NCBI GenBank assembly: GCA_007130445.1
Contig: SLSM01000285.1
Span: 1-35,389 of the forward strand
Source of the DNA: Trueperaceae bacterium
GTDB lineage: Bacteria > Deinococcota > Deinococci > Deinococcales > Trueperaceae
Direction: 5' to 3'
Length of the DNA: 35,389 nucleotides
Below, one piece after another: positions 23,603 through 31,922 of the stretch (positions are counted from its first letter, which is position 1; every line of letters starts with the position of its first letter). The translations under genes and the position numbers were made by a program. The notes beneath the pieces were generated by a model. It did no database searches and had not been told where the DNA came from. It worked only from the letters and a program-made list of their open reading frames with translations.

Positions 23603-24667
23603 GTGACTCCGCGGTTGGCGCGGTACGTGCTCCGCGAGGCCGCCGGCCTGTACGCGCTCGGCGCGCTGAGCCTGTGCCTCCTCCTCTCGATCGACCTGCT
23701 CAGTGTGCTGGCTCGCTTCCTGGTCGAGCAAGGGGCGACGTGGGGCGCGGTCGGACGCCTGCTGCTGTTCAAGCTCCCCTGGTTCTTGCATCTGACGCTG
23801 CCGGTCGCCGTCGTGTTCGCGATCCTCCTGGTGTCGGGTCGGCTCGCCAAGGACGCCGAACTGCGCGCCGCCTACGCGGGCGCCGTACCGCCCGGCGCAC
23901 TGCTCGTGCCGCTCGTGGCGGGCGGCATGCTCGTGTCGGGTATCGCCCTCGTCAACAACGGTTGGTTGGAGCCCCTCGGCGAGTCCGCCTACCAGGCCGA
24001 GATCCAAGGCTTCCTGTACGTCCGCCCACCCGCTGCGACGCAGACCGATGCAGCGTTCGTCGTGCCCGGGGAGGGTGTGTACGCGGCTGCCCGCGTGCGC
24101 TCCGAGCGCGACGCCCCGAACCGGGCGGAGCTCCTCGGCGTCTTGGTCGTGCTCCACGACGGTACCGTCCTGAGCGCCCCACGTGGCACCTGGGACGCGA
24201 GCGACCGCAGTTGGTCGCTGCTGGAGGTCGAGCGCCGAGCGCCGGGCGAAGAGCGCACCGTGATCCCGGAGGTGCGCCTGCCGTTCGAGCTCGAGTCCAC
24301 CCCCGAAGAGACGCTGGCGCGGCCTCAACAGCAGACGCTGACGGAACTGCAGCGCCGTGTGGCGAGCGCGCGCGCCGCGGGCGCCGATGCCTCCGCGCCC
24401 CGCTTCGAACTGCATCGCCGCATCGCCGACGCGTCGAGCGCGACCGTGTTCGCCCTCGTCGCGGGCGCGCTCGGGTTGCGCGTGCGCGGGCGCAGCGGTG
24501 GCTTCGGCTGGACGATCGCGCTCCTCGTGATGTTCTGGGCGAGCTGGACGTTCACGGGTGGGCTGTTCGAGAGCGGCGTGCTCGGCCCGGCGGTCGCCGC
24601 GTGGGCCACACCGGCGGCCGTCGCGGTCGTCGGCGCGGTGCTCGCGTGGCGGGTGACGCATCGATGA
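23603..24667 (+). CDS. LptF/LptG (YjgP/YjgQ) family permease
   Basis: 354 aa. N-terminus RLARYVLREAAGLYALGALSL has three TM segments, followed by a periplasmic beta-rich insert of about 130 aa and three C-terminal TM segments. This is the standard family topology. Confidence 0.8.
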   Translation: MTPRLARYVLREAAGLYALGALSLCLLLSIDLLSVLARFLVEQGATWGAVGRLLLFKLPWFLHLTLPVAVVFAILLVSGRLAKDAELRAAYAGAVPPGALLVPLVAGGMLVSGIALVNNGWLEPLGESAYQAEIQGFLYVRPPAATQTDAAFVVPGEGVYAAARVRSERDAPNRAELLGVLVVLHDGTVLSAPRGTWDASDRSWSLLEVERRAPGEERTVIPEVRLPFELESTPEETLARPQQQTLTELQRRVASARAAGADASAPRFELHRRIADASSATVFALVAGALGLRVRGRSGGFGWTIALLVMFWASWTFTGGLFESGVLGPAVAAWATPAAVAVVGAVLAWRVTHR

Positions 24668-25731
24668 GCCGCTTCGGGCTGGCGCTGGCGCGCGAGATCG
24701 GTCCGCTGTACCTCGCGGGCGTGGCGGTGCTGCTCGTCTTGCTCCTGGCATCGTTCCTCCTCGGTGTGCTGGCCGACGTCCTCGCGCGCGGCGTGCCCCC
24801 TTCGCTGGTCGCCGGCTTCCTGCTCGCCAAGCTGCCGTCGGCGGCCTCGGCCGGGCTGCCCCTGGCGCTCCTGTTCGCGGCGCTCCTGGCGTTGACCCGC
24901 GCCAGCCAAGACGGTGAACTCAAGGCCGCCCTCCTGCTCGGCCTGACACCCGGCCGCTTCCTGCGCCCCCTACTCGGGATCGGGTTGAGCGTTGCGCTGC
25001 TCACCGCGGCGAACAACGAACTGCTGGTGCCGTGGGCGGAGCAGCGCGCTCAGGAGGTGCAGCGCGAGATCCTCCTGCGCTCTCCCGAGACCGTCGTCCA
25101 GACCGGCAGCTTCTTCCAGGACGCGCTCGGTCGGAGCATCTTCATCGAAGGCGTCGCGGCCGACGGGGCGTTGCTCGGCATCACGGTGATCACGCCGGGG
25201 GGCATCCAGGGCCCGCGCCAGCTCATCCGAGCGGCGCGCGGCCGCCCCGACGCCGCGGCCGGCGTGTGGCGCCTCGAGGACCTGAGCTACCAGACGTTCC
25301 GGCGAAGCCGCGTCGTGCTGGAGGCGAGCGCCGAGCGCGCGACGCTCCCGGTGCGCGGCCTGACCGCCGCCACGCCCGCCGCCGCAGACCTCGTCACGCT
25401 GCCGCTGTCCGACCTGCTCGCCCGCGCCCGGCAGGCACCGGGTGACGCGTCGGCCGAGTGGACGGCGGTGCATCGCAAGGCGGCCGAGCCGCTGGCGGCG
25501 GTGGCGTTCGCCGCGTTCGCGTTGGCCGTCGCGCTGGCGAGCTTCCGGCGTGCCGCCTCGCTGGGCCTGGTGTCGGTGATGGCACTGACCTTCGTGTATT
25601 ACGCGACGTGGAGCGTGGCGAAGCTCCTGGGCGCCCAGGGCACCATCCCGGCCGCGGTGGCCGGCTGGACGCCCGTCGGGCTCTACGCCATCGCCGCGGC
25701 GCTGCTGCTGGTGGTCTCGTGGCGACGCTGA
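24664..25731 (+). CDS. LptF/LptG (YjgP/YjgQ) family permease, second subunit
   Basis: MSRFGLALAREIGPLYLAGVAVLLVLL... has the same topology as the preceding gene and is paralogous to it. ATGA start/stop overlap lies at 24664-24667. Confidence 0.8.
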   Translation: MSRFGLALAREIGPLYLAGVAVLLVLLLASFLLGVLADVLARGVPPSLVAGFLLAKLPSAASAGLPLALLFAALLALTRASQDGELKAALLLGLTPGRFLRPLLGIGLSVALLTAANNELLVPWAEQRAQEVQREILLRSPETVVQTGSFFQDALGRSIFIEGVAADGALLGITVITPGGIQGPRQLIRAARGRPDAAAGVWRLEDLSYQTFRRSRVVLEASAERATLPVRGLTAATPAAADLVTLPLSDLLARARQAPGDASAEWTAVHRKAAEPLAAVAFAAFALAVALASFRRAASLGLVSVMALTFVYYATWSVAKLLGAQGTIPAAVAGWTPVGLYAIAAALLLVVSWRR

Positions 25732-28664
25732 TCACGCTCGTGAAGCGCGCCGCGCTCGCCGTGGCGTGGGCGGCGAGCCTCGCCTCGGCGAGCGCGGCGA
25801 ACGTCGTCGTGGACGGCAGCAGCGACCCCGAGTCACGACTCGAACTGCGCCGGGTGCTGCTCCCCGACGGGAGCGAGGCCGAGCTCTACGTGCTCGAGGG
25901 CGATCCGATCGTGGTCGTCATCGACGACGAGCAGCGTCTCGAGGGGCGCCGCATCGAGTTCGACCCGACCGCACGCGAGATCCGGGTGATCGGCCCCGGC
26001 TCGATCGAGCAAGGCGGCGAGCGCTTCGAGGGCAGCGACCTCGTGATCGGGCTCGTCGACGAGCGTCTGAGCGGGCGCGACGTGCTGATCGTCACGGGCC
26101 AGATCGACGTGTGGGGCGGCCTCGCCACACGCCTGCCGGGGCAGGTCGACGTGCTGCGGGGGCGCTTCAGCCCGTGCTCGCGCTGCGAGCAAGAGCCCTG
26201 GGACTACGGCTTCCTGGCCGAGCGTCTGTGGCTCTTCCCGGGCGACCGGCTGGTCGCGCAGGGCGTCACCGTCCTGGTTCGGGGCGCCGCGATCGCGGGG
26301 TTGCCATGGCTCGTCCTGCCGTTGGCCGACGAGGACCGGCAACCTCGGCTGAGCATCGTCTCCGGCGACGCGAGTCGACGCGCCGAGGTCGCCCTGACCT
26401 GGCCGTACGTCGCCGGGCGCGACGGCCTCGGCCGCTTCACCGTGCGCTACCTCGCCGAGGTGCGACCCGGCGACGGCGGTTGGCTCGCCGAGCGGCTGCT
26501 CGGCGGTGCCGTGGCCGCGTCGCACGTCGCGTGGGAGCTCGAGCATCGGCTGTTCGACGAACGCGGGTCGGGGTCGCTGGACATCTCGTACCTGCCGAGC
26601 CTGCCCGAGCTCGGTGGCGACGGCGAGGCGCCGGCAGAACTCGACGTGCGGCTCCGGTACGCCACCGACCCGACGCTCGATGCGCCGACGGTGCGCCTGG
26701 GCGTGGTGCGCGACGACACCCGCGCCCCCGGGCGCTGGGAGTACGACCTCGGCGTGACGGGTGAGGCGCCGAACGTGCGCGGTCGCTTCGACACGCGCAG
26801 TTTCGTCGACACGCGCCCGGGCAACGCGGCGCTCGCGCCGAGCTACGACGGCGTCGGCGAGCCGCGCCGCACGATCACGCGGTTGCGTCTGGAGGCGCTC
26901 GACACGCTCGGCTTCGATCTCGGTCCGGTCCGCTGGGTATCGGGTGAACTCGATCTGGGCGTGTTCGAGGACAACAGCGACCCGACCAACCGCTCGGCCG
27001 CCGTCAGGCCCTTCAGCGTGGCTGGGCGCACCCGCATCGCCCACACGCTCGAGCTGACGCCGCTGCGCCCCTGGGCCGGGTTGCAGATCGACGGCCGCAA
27101 CGTGTTCGACGGGCGTTATTACGACACTGCCGAGCGGCTGGTGCTGTGGCGCACCGCCATCGGCGCGCGACAAGCCTTCGGCAACGCCGGCGAGTTCGCC
27201 GTGACGTTCGACCGCGACGTGAACGAGGGCGAGACGCCGTTCCGTTTCGACGCCGTCACGCGCCGCAACCGAACCGCGTTCGGTGCGCGACTGCGCTTGG
27301 CTCCGTACCAGAGTTGGAGCTTGGAGAGCCGCACCGGTTACGTCCTCCTCGACACGCGCCGCCCAGAGGACCGCGGTTGGGAGCTGCTCGAAAGCTCGCT
27401 GCGGCTCTTCACGAACGTGAGCGGCATCGCGTTCGACGTGCGCCACCGCTACGGCCTCGATGCCGACGACGACACGCACACGCTCGATGCGACGTTCGAT
27501 CTGCGCGGCCGACGCACGCCCGCCGAGCTGAGCTTCAACGTCGCACACCGTCAGGACCTCGCGCCACCGACGATCGAGAACGGCACAGAGACCACCGAGA
27601 CGCGCACCAGCGTGCGCTGGTCGGTCGACGTCGACCGTATCGTCGGGCTGCGCGTCGAGACGGCGTACCGTCCGCAGCCGCCGACCGTTGGCGACGGATC
27701 CGGCAGCGCCTGGTCGCCGCTCGACGTGCGCCTCGACGTCGGAGCGCTCGCGCCGCGCGACACTCGGCCCGGGTTCCGGGCAGAGCTGCGCGTCGATCTC
27801 GACCAAGGCGCCCCCGAGCGGCTCGGCCTGACGATGCGGGCGCTCGTGGGCGAGGCCGAGCTCGAGGCGACGCAGCGCATCGCCCTCCCGTCCGCACTGG
27901 TGAGCGAGCAACGCGTCAGCGTCACGCTGCCCGGTCGCTTCGGCGTGGTCCTCCGCGGTGTCACCTGGTTCCCGCCAGCGCTGCTGGGGCTCGCTGAGGA
28001 CCGGGACGCGCCGCGCCAGGTGTCGCTGGGCGTTCGCGAGGTGCCCGAGTCCGGACCGGTGCGCTGGGAGGCGAACGTGCGCACGACGTTCGACCCGTCG
28101 TTGGACGGGGGCGCTGGCGGGCGACGCGACACCGTCGCCGATCTCCGCATCGACCTGACCCGCGAGCGGCTCGGACCGGTCGACCTCAGCCTGAGCACGT
28201 TCGCCGAGTGGCGCCTGAGCGACGACGCGCTCGATCGGACGCATCTGCGTCGGGCCTCGCTCACGGTGGGCATGGACGCCTTCGAGCGCATCGGCGTCCA
28301 GGGGCGGCTGGGGTACCTCTCGACGTACGCGCCTGCCACCGGGACGTTCACGCGCTCGGAGTTGCAGCTCGAGCGCGTGACGCTCAGCGTCCGCGCCACC
28401 GATCAACTCACCATCGGTGCCCAGGTCAGCGACGTCTGGGACTTCACGCGCACGAGGGCCGACCAGAGCCCGTGGAACGTCCGTCCGGAGCTCTTCTTGG
28501 TGTGGGACCGCTGCTGCTGGGCGTTCGCGGCCGCTTATGACACCGGCAGCGGCACCCTGCGCCTGGTCCTGACGGGCCCGGGGGCCGCGACGGGCATCGA
28601 GGAGATCCTGCCGACGCCGTTCGGAATCGAGCGTCGGCCACTCGCCGCCGAGGAGAACCCATGA
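25719..28664 (+). CDS. lptD: LptD/OstA-like large outer-membrane beta-barrel protein
   Basis: Signal peptide (M)KRAALAVAWAASLASASA|ANV if GTG 25740 is used (25719 is the longest start compatible with lptG). An N-terminal OstA-like repeat pattern follows, then the LptD-type junction FSPCSRCEQEPWDYGFLAERLWLFPGD...GLPWLVLPLADEDRQPRLS. After that come about 650 aa of alternating beta-strand-like sequence rich in R/D/Y/F/W. Confidence 0.6.
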   Translation: MATLITLVKRAALAVAWAASLASASAANVVVDGSSDPESRLELRRVLLPDGSEAELYVLEGDPIVVVIDDEQRLEGRRIEFDPTAREIRVIGPGSIEQGGERFEGSDLVIGLVDERLSGRDVLIVTGQIDVWGGLATRLPGQVDVLRGRFSPCSRCEQEPWDYGFLAERLWLFPGDRLVAQGVTVLVRGAAIAGLPWLVLPLADEDRQPRLSIVSGDASRRAEVALTWPYVAGRDGLGRFTVRYLAEVRPGDGGWLAERLLGGAVAASHVAWELEHRLFDERGSGSLDISYLPSLPELGGDGEAPAELDVRLRYATDPTLDAPTVRLGVVRDDTRAPGRWEYDLGVTGEAPNVRGRFDTRSFVDTRPGNAALAPSYDGVGEPRRTITRLRLEALDTLGFDLGPVRWVSGELDLGVFEDNSDPTNRSAAVRPFSVAGRTRIAHTLELTPLRPWAGLQIDGRNVFDGRYYDTAERLVLWRTAIGARQAFGNAGEFAVTFDRDVNEGETPFRFDAVTRRNRTAFGARLRLAPYQSWSLESRTGYVLLDTRRPEDRGWELLESSLRLFTNVSGIAFDVRHRYGLDADDDTHTLDATFDLRGRRTPAELSFNVAHRQDLAPPTIENGTETTETRTSVRWSVDVDRIVGLRVETAYRPQPPTVGDGSGSAWSPLDVRLDVGALAPRDTRPGFRAELRVDLDQGAPERLGLTMRALVGEAELEATQRIALPSALVSEQRVSVTLPGRFGVVLRGVTWFPPALLGLAEDRDAPRQVSLGVREVPESGPVRWEANVRTTFDPSLDGGAGGRRDTVADLRIDLTRERLGPVDLSLSTFAEWRLSDDALDRTHLRRASLTVGMDAFERIGVQGRLGYLSTYAPATGTFTRSELQLERVTLSVRATDQLTIGAQVSDVWDFTRTRADQSPWNVRPELFLVWDRCCWAFAAAYDTGSGTLRLVLTGPGAATGIEEILPTPFGIERRPLAAEENP

Positions 28665-29929
28665 CCCGATCGCACACCGTGTGCACGCGCCTCGTGCGTA
28701 GCCTCGGCATCGTCGCCGTCACGGTCGCAGTGCTCACCGCCTGTACCGGCACGTTCGAGGAGAGCACGCCGCTCGTGTTGCTCGTCGCCACCGACGCGGC
28801 CCAACCGGGAGGCGACGCTGCGATCGTCGCCTACCTGGTCGAGCCGCCGGGCGCCGCCACGCTCAGGATCGTCACCCCGCTAGGCCAGGGTGACCTGGCA
28901 CCCGGCGTGAGCCTGCCGCTCGTGGGCTGGGACTGGGTCGATCGCGAAGCACTGGCGGTCGGGCCGGGCCGCGGTCGGACGCGGCTGGTGGCGCTCTCGA
29001 GCGCCACGTCCGCGGACCCCGCCGGGCGACGCGCACAGCTCCACCGCTTCGACGTCGCCTCCTTCGACGCCGACGCACCGGTCCTCACCGCGGTCGATCC
29101 GGCCCCGCTGTCGCTCGTCGGCGGTGGCGCCTGGGACGAGGACGCCTTCCCCGTCGGCGACGCGGCCTCGCTGCCCGCCGAGGGCGTGTGCCTGGCCGGC
29201 GTCAGCGTCTCGAGCGACGGTCGTTACGCCGCGCTGCTCGACCACCGCGCCGCGTGCGACGCCAGCGACACGCTCGCCACGCTCCTCGTCGTCGACCTCG
29301 ACCTCACCGAGCGTGCGCTCGTCTGGAGCAGCACGCTCGGAGGGGTCGCTCCGGTGCGGCCGTACATCGATCAGGCGCTCGATCGCCTCGACGTGTGGGC
29401 CCTGCTCCCGAGCGGCGCCGAGTGGCGCACCTTCGACCTCGCGACGCTGGAGCTCGGGCCGCGACTGGCCTCGACCAGCGTCGGCGTCCCGACCGCCGCG
29501 GCTCCGGCCGGCGCGGAGCGCTGGGTGTTGGTGAACGGCCGCTTGTACGCGTGGCAAGCGGACGCCGCGATCGGCCCGGGCGTGGCCTCCGCCACGAGCA
29601 TCGCCAGCACGTTCGTGACGACGGGCGCAGGTCTACCGATCGTGATCCTCGGCCCCGACCTGTGGGTCCACCCGACCGCGAGCGCCGAGGCGCTGCGCGT
29701 GCCGGGCCCCTCGGGCACCTATGTCGCGGGCACCACGGACGGTCCGGACAGGCTGATGTACCTGGTGCGAGCGGGTGGGATCGACACCCTCGACCTGCTG
29801 CTGCTCACGCCCGAGCGGCCGCTCTCGAGCGTGATCAGCCCGGCGTTCCGCGATCCGCAAGACGATCCGCGCCTCGTGGCCCCGACCCTGGTGACGTGGT
29901 TCAGGCCGCGTCTGCCGCCGACGCCCTGA
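28661..29929 (+). CDS. Lipoprotein of unknown family, translationally coupled to the LptD-like gene
   Basis: Lipobox VAVLTAC with Cys codon 28742-28744. GAGGAG at 28650-28655 and an ATGA overlap with the preceding stop. The remainder is beta-rich with no motif I recognise. Confidence 0.7.
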   Translation: MTRSHTVCTRLVRSLGIVAVTVAVLTACTGTFEESTPLVLLVATDAAQPGGDAAIVAYLVEPPGAATLRIVTPLGQGDLAPGVSLPLVGWDWVDREALAVGPGRGRTRLVALSSATSADPAGRRAQLHRFDVASFDADAPVLTAVDPAPLSLVGGGAWDEDAFPVGDAASLPAEGVCLAGVSVSSDGRYAALLDHRAACDASDTLATLLVVDLDLTERALVWSSTLGGVAPVRPYIDQALDRLDVWALLPSGAEWRTFDLATLELGPRLASTSVGVPTAAAPAGAERWVLVNGRLYAWQADAAIGPGVASATSIASTFVTTGAGLPIVILGPDLWVHPTASAEALRVPGPSGTYVAGTTDGPDRLMYLVRAGGIDTLDLLLLTPERPLSSVISPAFRDPQDDPRLVAPTLVTWFRPRLPPTP

Positions 29930-30911
29930 CCGCGCTCGCGATGCGCTCGGTCAGACCGGCCGCGACGAGCCGTTCAGCCGTCCGCACGGCGCTCGTCACC
30001 GCCCGGGCATCGGACGAACCGTGGCCGATGAACGCGTGGCCGTCGACGCCGAGTAGCGGCTGGGCGCCGACCTCGGCCGGGTCGAGCCGCGCCGCAACGC
30101 GCCGCAGCGCCGGTTTCGCGAGCAGGCCGCCGAGCTTCGAGCGCAGATCGCTCCGCAGCGCATCGCGCACCATGCCGAACAGGACCTTGGCCTCGCCCTC
30201 GGCGAGCTTGAGCATCACGTTGCCGGTGAAGCCGTCGGTGACCATCACGTCGGTCGTGCCGCGCAAGAGGTCGCGGCCCTCGACGTTGCCGTGGAACCGG
30301 ATGCCGCGCGTGCCGGCGAGCAGCACGTGCGCCTCGCGCGTCAGCTCGTTCCCCTTCTCGGGCTCCTCGCCGATTGACATGAGCCCCACCGTCGGGGCGT
30401 CGGTGCCGTACATGGCCTTCGCGTAAGCGTCGCCCATCAGGGCGAACTGCTGCAGGAACGACGGGCGGCAATCGGCGTTCGCGCCGGCGTCGATGAGCGC
30501 CGTGAAGCCGCCCTTGGCGTTGGGGATGTTGGCGAGGATCGCGGGGCGCTCGACGCCCTTGACGCGACCGAGCACGAGCAGTGCGGCCGCCATGGTGGCG
30601 CCCGAGTGTCCCATCGACACGCATGCCGACGCCTCGCCGTCCTTCACGAGGCGCGTGGCGACCACCACGCTGGCGTCCTTGCGGCGCCGCACGTTGGTGG
30701 CGTGCTCGTCCATGCCGATGACGTCACCGGCGTGCACGATCGGCAGGTCGACGCCGCCGCCACGTTCGGCCAGTGCTTCCCTGAGACGCGGCTCGTCGCC
30801 GACGAGGACGACCATGGCCCCTTGGCGCACGGCCTGGAGGGCGCCGTCGATGGCGGCGGCGGGCATATGGTCGCCCCCCATGGCGTCGAGTGCGATCGGT
30901 CGTCGGCTCAC
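29901..30911 (-). CDS. plsX: Phosphate acyltransferase PlsX
   Basis: IALDAMGGDHMP N-terminal motif, ...SMGHSGATMAAALL..., ...VEGRDLLRGTTDVMVTDGFTGNVMLK..., ...GHGSSDARAV.... GTG start 30911. Confidence 0.92.
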   Translation of the reverse strand: MSRRPIALDAMGGDHMPAAAIDGALQAVRQGAMVVLVGDEPRLREALAERGGGVDLPIVHAGDVIGMDEHATNVRRRKDASVVVATRLVKDGEASACVSMGHSGATMAAALLVLGRVKGVERPAILANIPNAKGGFTALIDAGANADCRPSFLQQFALMGDAYAKAMYGTDAPTVGLMSIGEEPEKGNELTREAHVLLAGTRGIRFHGNVEGRDLLRGTTDVMVTDGFTGNVMLKLAEGEAKVLFGMVRDALRSDLRSKLGGLLAKPALRRVAARLDPAEVGAQPLLGVDGHAFIGHGSSDARAVTSAVRTAERLVAAGLTERIASAVRASAADAA

Positions 30912-30917
30912 GGCCGG

Positions 30918-30923
30918 ATTCTA
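30918..30923 (-). promoter_or_regulatory. -10-like box TAGAAT, 6 nt upstream of plsX GTG 30911 (leaderless-type)
   Basis: Reverse complement of attcta, in the 39-nt plsX/rluD spacer. Confidence 0.5.
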
Positions 30924-30937
30924 CCGCGCGCCAGCGG

Positions 30938-30943
30938 TATCCT
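30938..30943 (+). promoter_or_regulatory. -10-like box TATCCT, 7 nt upstream of rluD GTG 30951 (leaderless-type)
   Basis: Read directly from gcggTATCCTgcagggcGTG. Confidence 0.45.
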
Positions 30944-30950
30944 GCAGGGC

Positions 30951-31895
30951 GTGGAGATCGACCTGCGCACCTTCGACGCCCCGGCCGGCGAACGGCTCGA
31001 CGTCGCCATCGCCGCCGCCCTGGAGCTCTCCCGGACGAAGGCTCGCGACCTGGTCGACGAGGGGTACGTGACGCTGGATGGTCGCCCCGTCGGCAAGCCC
31101 GCCACCGTGCTCCGCGGCGACGAGATCGTGTCGGTGCTCATCCCCCCCACTCGACCGATGATGGTCGAGGCCGAGGACGTACCGCTCACGGTGATCTACG
31201 AGGACGAGCACCTCGCCGCCATCGACAAGCCGCCCGGCATGACGGCGCATCCGACGGCGACGGTTCGGACGGGAACTGTGGTGAACGCCCTGCTGGGACG
31301 CATGCCGCTCTCCAAGGAGCAGCATCAGGACCCCAGCGAAGACGCCTACCGGCCCGGCATCGTCCACAGGCTCGACAAGGACACGTCCGGCGTGATGGTC
31401 GTGGCCAAGCACGACGCGGCCCATCGCGAGCTCTCCGCCGCCTTCAAACGGCGACTGACCGAGAAGATCTACGTCGCCATCGCCGTCGGCAGCGTCGACG
31501 ACGGCGTGGTGGTGGACGCCCCGATCGGTCGACACCCGGTCAAGCGCCAGCAGATGACCGTCGGTGGCTCGAACCCTCGCTCGGCCGTGACCCACGTGCG
31601 CGTGATCGCTCGTCTGCCCGACCACACGCTCGTACGCCTGAAGCCGCACAGCGGCCGGACGCACCAGCTCCGCGTGCACCTCGCCCACCTGGGTGCACCG
31701 ATCCTCGGGGACGCCGTGTACGGGCGCCCCTCCGACGCGATCGCTCGTCAGGCGTTGCACGCACACCAACTCACGCTGCCGCACCCGATCGATCACGAGG
31801 CGATCACCTTCAGCGCCCAGGTGCCGCTCGACATGGTGCAGGCCTGGCTCCGACTGGGTGGCGCCTGGCCGCCACCCGAGCATCCGACGCTATAG
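30951..31895 (+). CDS. rluD: RluA-family 23S rRNA pseudouridine synthase (RluD-like) with an N-terminal S4 domain
   Basis: GERLDVAIAAALELSRTKARDLVDEGYVTLDGRP (S4), catalytic HRLDKDTSGVMVVAK, and SGRTHQLRVHLAHLGAPILGD. GTG 30951 is the first start clear of plsX. Confidence 0.88.
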   Translation: MEIDLRTFDAPAGERLDVAIAAALELSRTKARDLVDEGYVTLDGRPVGKPATVLRGDEIVSVLIPPTRPMMVEAEDVPLTVIYEDEHLAAIDKPPGMTAHPTATVRTGTVVNALLGRMPLSKEQHQDPSEDAYRPGIVHRLDKDTSGVMVVAKHDAAHRELSAAFKRRLTEKIYVAIAVGSVDDGVVVDAPIGRHPVKRQQMTVGGSNPRSAVTHVRVIARLPDHTLVRLKPHSGRTHQLRVHLAHLGAPILGDAVYGRPSDAIARQALHAHQLTLPHPIDHEAITFSAQVPLDMVQAWLRLGGAWPPPEHPTL

Positions 31896-31922
31896 CACGA
31901 CATCGAACCAGGAGGCACGCGC

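Noticed and set aside
25833-28406. 857-aa ORF on the minus strand
   Set aside because: It is antisense to the LptD-like gene. Composition is dominated by R, A, G, E and V with no recognisable domain. The plus-strand frame has a signal peptide, LptD-type motifs and coupled neighbours.
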